Shown here piece after piece: positions 51,328 through 56,197 of a stretch of DNA of 56,197 nt. Source of the stretch: Cystobasidiomycetes sp. EMM_F5 (lineage: Eukaryota); assembly GCA_051047955.1 (NCBI GenBank), contig JBPGPT010000058.1:1-56197 (forward strand), read 5' to 3'. Every line of letters begins with the position of its first letter. Position 1 is the stretch's first letter. Under the pieces are notes generated by a model that saw nothing but the letters and a program-made list of their open reading frames with translations, did no database searches and was not told the origin of the DNA. The translations under genes were made by a program, and so were the position numbers.

Positions 51328-51728
51328 CTACTGTCGCTGCTGCAGTGTGCTGACCAAGAACGTCGACGCATCTAGAAACCGATTCACGCACGTCGACAGG
51401 CATTCTTCGTCTTTCCTGCGGCATTGATGCAAATTAGACCCAATTTGAATGGACAAAAAGCCAGCTGTGCACACCGTCTGAGCGTCTTTTCGTTGAGCTT
51501 GACCTGGCACACGCCTATGCATCGTTCTGTAAACTGGTTTATCGTCTGCTGAAGCTGCAATTTGCCCTGCTCTTGCTCGATAAATGTCGCCAGTTCTCGC
51601 TGTAAAAACGACGACGACGACAAGGTCAACATTGACCATTTCATAATAGTCAGCCTTCGACCTGCCTTTGTAGCGTCGTCAAAGCTGTTGATGGCCTGCG
51701 CCGCAGCTTCTGGCGACTTTGAAGACAT
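51328..51728 (-). CDS. TIM8: Small Tim chaperone Tim8
   Basis: RELATFIEQEQ...FTERCIGVC...EECLSTCVNRFLDAS; twin CX3C motif. Confidence 0.9.
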
Positions 51729-51969
51729 GGTTGGCGAAAGATTGAAAGGCTACATTGAAAGAGAAACGGGCTACAACGACGGAAAGAATGCGGAGACTGC
51801 TGGGTATGGCTACAAAGGAACCGCTAACAAGTGTCCGTTGAATGGTAATGCTGTAGCTACGTTGAGCAACGTGGTTAAAATCGTGAATATTCATAAATCA
51901 TAGATCTAGACAGACCCCGCATGTTAGTCTCCGGAATGCACATGTACAAAATGTACATCTACTCACCTC

Positions 51970-54203
51970 CTATTTCTGATTGACTGCTTGTAATCTGACT
52001 TGCTCAAATATCGTTCGCATGTCCATCGTCGACAGTAGAGGGTCCCTTCCAAGTATCACGGCATCGTCTGCAGAATCTGCTACGAGTATAGACGAGTTGG
52101 TATGGTTCGTGTGATCCGGAAGAGGCGGGAAGGAAGGACAAGGATCCTCCGTTCTGCTCCGCCGCATGGCACAGAGTGTGTATAGATAGCACAGACCGCG
52201 ACACGGTCTGCGTGCAGCAACGCCATCCCGATACTTGTTCTTGACGAAGCGGTCGAATGCACGACTGTCAGTCGTGAGATATGTCGTCACGTTGTGCCAA
52301 AAGGCGGCAGTGAGAGGCTGGTCTTTTGCAACAGGAACCATGCTGCCATACTCTTCGCGGGCTCGGTAGAGAACCTTCCACTCCGGTTGCTGATCCGTAG
52401 CTTTCGAAATGTCATAGTAGTAGTCTGCCCAGTCCCACACTTCTCCGCTGACTTCGTCCACATCGTAGACTCGGAAACCAGGGTTGACCCCACCAAAGGG
52501 CGTGAGACTTCCGCCAATGTATGATACCGAAGTAGCAGTCTCGGCGCGAGGGTCTGCGGGTGTCGAGTAGTGCACCGCGACGCTCGATGTGTGGGCATGA
52601 CCATATAGCTGCACGCCGATGGTGTCACGAAAGCGATTCACAATCTGGTCAAACACATGCGACTGAGCTTTGAAGTATCCAACAGGATGGCCATGAGCGA
52701 TTATTATTGCCCGCTGTCCGTGTGACTCCGCATCGTGCAATTGCGCAATAAGCCATGTGAGCATGCCTTCCGGATCGACGAGGTCCTCTGCCGGCAAGTC
52801 GCTGTCGTAGTAGTAAAAATCGTCGCGGTTTGCCATGTTCGAGTCGCTGAAAGTTTAGATGAATTTTGATCAGCTGAAGGATTTGCAGAGCAACAGGACG
52901 GTAGACTGACAGACTGATGACCCGAACATCCATGCCGGGAACGGGCATAGTATAGCACGCCCGCTGCTTCAAGAATCTTTGCCGAGAGATTTGGTGTCCG
53001 ATCCAGTCGGACCAAGCATCGTAATGCACATCAAACACCCAAGACTTCTCTTCAAAGGCTTTAGGATTAGTCAGAGAGCGGGGAAGAAGATTGACTGGTG
53101 ACACGTCGTGATTGCCCATTATCGGGTAGACTGGCATGGGTAAGGTTGTTCTCATCAGGCCGTAGGCCACCCGGAGATCTTCCGTTACGGTCTATAATTC
53201 AATTCAGCGGACACATGGAATGGGTTACTTGTTCGCACGACGTACGTCTCGGGTTTCCTCCCACACAGAATGATTTGGAATGTCTCCTGTCGAAACAACA
53301 AAGGCTGCTTTCGGTGCGTGCTTGGCTATAGCCTCCAACATGCTGCGAAGGAGCGGGACGGGAGTATCGCATCGAGGACTGCCAAAGTGGGCAGCAGGAA
53401 CCTTGATAGAAGTAGCAAATTAGCCTGGATTAGCCTGCTGATTGCGGGTCACGTCCTGCATGTCTTACCTTGACGGAGCCGTTATTGGCAGCCGAATTGG
53501 CCCGACAGCACATTGGTTTGTTGCAAGCGCTTTCTGCGCCGACGATGTAATCGCGGTCCATGTGAATATCGCTGATATGTACGACCTGCTGAGTTCGCCC
53601 GCTGCGAGGCAACGGCTGCCGGACGATTGACGGCGCGGGAAACATCTCTTGCGGCCAATCTTCGATAGCTTCGTGGGAATCGCACATTCCCCAGAGCTTT
53701 GTACACAGAGCCGCCGCAGCTCGTTTGTTGGGCTGTATCCGTCGCAGTGTCTGCGCAATGACTGGCCCCTGCCGGCTGATGGCCCCGTTGCATACTGCAG
53801 GATCTTGGAGCTTGAGATTGCGGCACACCCCGCTGATGGTGTCGACAAACGTCTTGTCTCCGAGGAAAGCGAGCTGCCTCGCGGAAGTAATCAGTCCAAA
53901 GCAGCTCCCGCAGGTCGAAAATGAAGACAATGCGGTAAATAGTTTGAGAACGAGCGTTGCGACGCGGGATAGGAAGAGTGTCCGGATGATTACGGCGACG
54001 GCTACGACAGCGACGAGCCATAAAAGCAGGTTTAGTTTCCAATTGCCAAAGCAGCAGCAGCAGCATGTCCTGATCCAAGTCTGTCGATGTTGGCGTTTCA
54101 GAGCTGCATCAGCAATGAGCGGAGTCGCCTCGTCGTTTAAATCGTCGCCTCGCTCGCTGTCTGCGGCCATGCGCCGTATCGCTTCATCGTTGTTGTCGTC
54201 CAT
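51970..54203 (-). CDS. Acid sphingomyelinase-like metallophosphoesterase with saposin-like domain
   Basis: TM segment, Cys-patterned saposin-like region (CGSC...VCRNL...VC...LC...MC), HISDIHMD, CNKPMCCR, GNHD, YGHAH, NPGFRVY. Confidence 0.9.
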
Positions 54204-54355
54204 TAATTGGTCAAAGGTCGACCGGAGAGACCGCGCAAATGGCTTGGCGACAAGTTGATTTTCAACATTCAAAGCAGATCAGGCATAACAGATACGCGCA
54301 TTGGTTGGTGTTCACAACAGTGACAAACTACTGCGAAAGAGCCAGGTCGATCCAT

Positions 54356-56129
54356 TCACCCCTTGTTCTTTGTGGACGGACGAAACAACGAGGTACGCAG
54401 CTTGAGCGCAGGACTGCTCGATATCCGCTTCCGCAGTCGCTTGGTAGTCGAGGAGCTCGACGAAGGAGACCCGTCGATATCCCCATTACTTGCGTCCGCT
54501 GAAGAGTGGAGACTGCTTGCAATAGAACCAGTTCGAGACATTGCTGGCAGTCGTCCGGCAGAAGCAGGACTCAGCGTGTCAGACTTTCCGGTAGATGTCG
54601 GTGTACGAGGAAATGTGATTGGCGTGGACGGCATGGTCATCGCTCCATTACGGTGCGTAGCCTGAGAGTCGTTCTCGGAGAACGCATCGTCATCATGACC
54701 AGCGTGTTTGTTGATGCTGTTGCTTTTTAATGTGTCTGTCATTTGCTCTGAACTACCTCCGATTCCGAGCTCCGCCTCGAGCGTCTCTTTGCTACCTTCG
54801 TGGCCAATCACTTCGTATATGCCTTCTTCTGATCCGTCGATGCCCGGATACCTGAAGCATATCAGGCCACTGAGTGGAATCATGTGGATGCATATCAGCA
54901 TCCATTCAATTGCACTTGCAAGGTCACTGGGCTGCTTACTTTCCGATAATGTTACCCACTCTGTGATACGCTCCCCTTGCCCGAATGTACGGATCCAAGG
55001 CAAAGTATTGAGCTCGTAGACGCTTTGCCAATCTCGTTCTTTCGCCTTCTAAGTCTTCTGAATCGCCGACAGCCCATTTGCGCGTATGTCGCTCGAATTG
55101 TTTACACAGGTCATCCCGCTCATCTTGCAGGCGCTGATGACGAGTCAACGGGACAATGGTGCATCAGCAACACAGCTCTCTAAAGTTTCGACGTGTGAAA
55201 TCATACCTGCGCAGTCGCCTTATCTTGCATGATGCTGTTCTCGCCAGGAACGACTGGCGGATATTCCCACGACCAGCAATTTGAACCACCAAGATCATGC
55301 GAGAGATGAGTCTTGTCGATATGAATGCACAGATCCTATCCCACAGAACACAAATCGTGAGAAAAGACCGCATTCATCGTGCTCGCATAAAGCAAGGCGT
55401 GTATGTCGCCACAAATGAGGGGTATAGGCCGCCACAATCGGAGAATAAGCTCACCTCTGTCGACTTTGTCATTTGTACCTTGGCACGAACGACGGGATCA
55501 AGCATCGGTGCCAGTATTTTCCAGACGCCTGTCGAAAACCTCAACGCGATTCAGTGAGCGAGTCGATCATTCGAACGCACCTTGAAATACCCACGGGGCG
55601 CGATGTATGAGAATGACATTGAGCGATTCTGCAGTTTAGCGGCGTCTCATCAGCTGTTCCATAAAAGTCAGGCGTTGAAGACTACTCACCTGGATAGTAA
55701 GACTCGAGGCATCTTTGTGTGACTGCATCAGTGGTAGGTAAATTACTCAGTTATACGCTGTACTGACTTGACAATGAACCTGTAAAGCATTGATCAGAGT
55801 CAGCCATCCATGCTCAATCGAATGCGCCTTATTGTACGTACATGATACACTTCCAGTCCATATTTGCCATTCCGAAGCCTGTCGAGGAGCATCATCAGCC
55901 GGGACCAACGAGCTTTGACAAAGTGTGATCACCATCCCTGTTGAGAGAGCTCTGTCAGCGGGGGAAACTATGTGCGTGAACCGAATTTACTCGCATGTTG
56001 AACACCATCGACACTTTGTCGACTGATCCATGCGCAAGACACCGAAGCGACTCCATCTGGAGAAGGATAAAGTCTTCGAGTGCTTTCTGTGGCTGATCGG
56101 CTGCTTTGTGCAATTTTACGTTGATGTAT
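54356..56129 (-). CDS. CSR1: CRAL-TRIO/Sec14 lipid transfer protein, Csr1-like; 5' end lies outside the window
   Basis: Reconstructed YINVKLHK...VFNMDGFGMANMDWKCIMFIVKCLESYYPESLNVILIHRAPWVFQGVWKILAPMLDPVVRAKV; C-terminal YFALDPYIRARG. Confidence 0.85.
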
Positions 56130-56133
56130 CTGC

Positions 56134-56197
56134 GTGAGTGAAGAGTGAGTGAGTGAGTGAGTGAGTGAGTGAGTGAGTGAGTGAGTGAGTGAGTGAG
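56134..56197. repeat. (GAGT)n/(ACTC)n microsatellite in a CSR1 intron, running off the window end
   Basis: Direct reading: tandem gagt units up to the last base. Confidence 0.95.

Noticed and set aside
56134..56197. Telomeric repeat
   Set aside because: The unit is GAGT, not TTAGGG-like, and it lies within a CSR1 intron of a gene that continues beyond the window.
1..56197. Transposons, CRISPR arrays, tRNA/rRNA genes or a secondary-metabolite cluster
   Set aside because: No transposase, reverse transcriptase, terminal repeats, spaced repeats, cloverleaf or PKS/NRPS motifs seen.

Overview
Gene-dense, intron-rich fungal nuclear DNA, most likely a basidiomycete (introns of about 50-90 nt, CTRAC branch points, very short intergenic gaps). 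I can support about 28 protein-coding loci, mostly housekeeping: a peroxisomal SLC25 carrier, BET3, an Ifh1/Crf1-like protein, an SDR, mitochondrial ProRS, TAF1, TOK1, PRE3, RPN12, NUP82, CAF1/POP2, PRM10, a ThDP-dependent enzyme, HEM25, a METTL4-like MT-A70 methyltransferase, a WBP2-like protein, a single-pass membrane protein, RPN10, complex I NDUFB4 (missed by the ORF track), cytochrome b5, MDM31, SPT4, FLX1, THG1, TIM8, an acid sphingomyelinase-like protein and a truncated CSR1. I found no transposon, CRISPR array or RNA gene, and no clearly novel gene cluster. The most interesting signals are regulatory and splicing-related: dense CTGAC clusters in upstream regions, (TCG)n tracts at gene 5' ends in different frames, several GC-AG introns (one splitting the METTL4 catalytic Asp codon), 5-12 nt microexons and very short co-oriented gene gaps. 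Gene spans include introns and were assembled by eye; family calls come from remembered motifs, not database searches.
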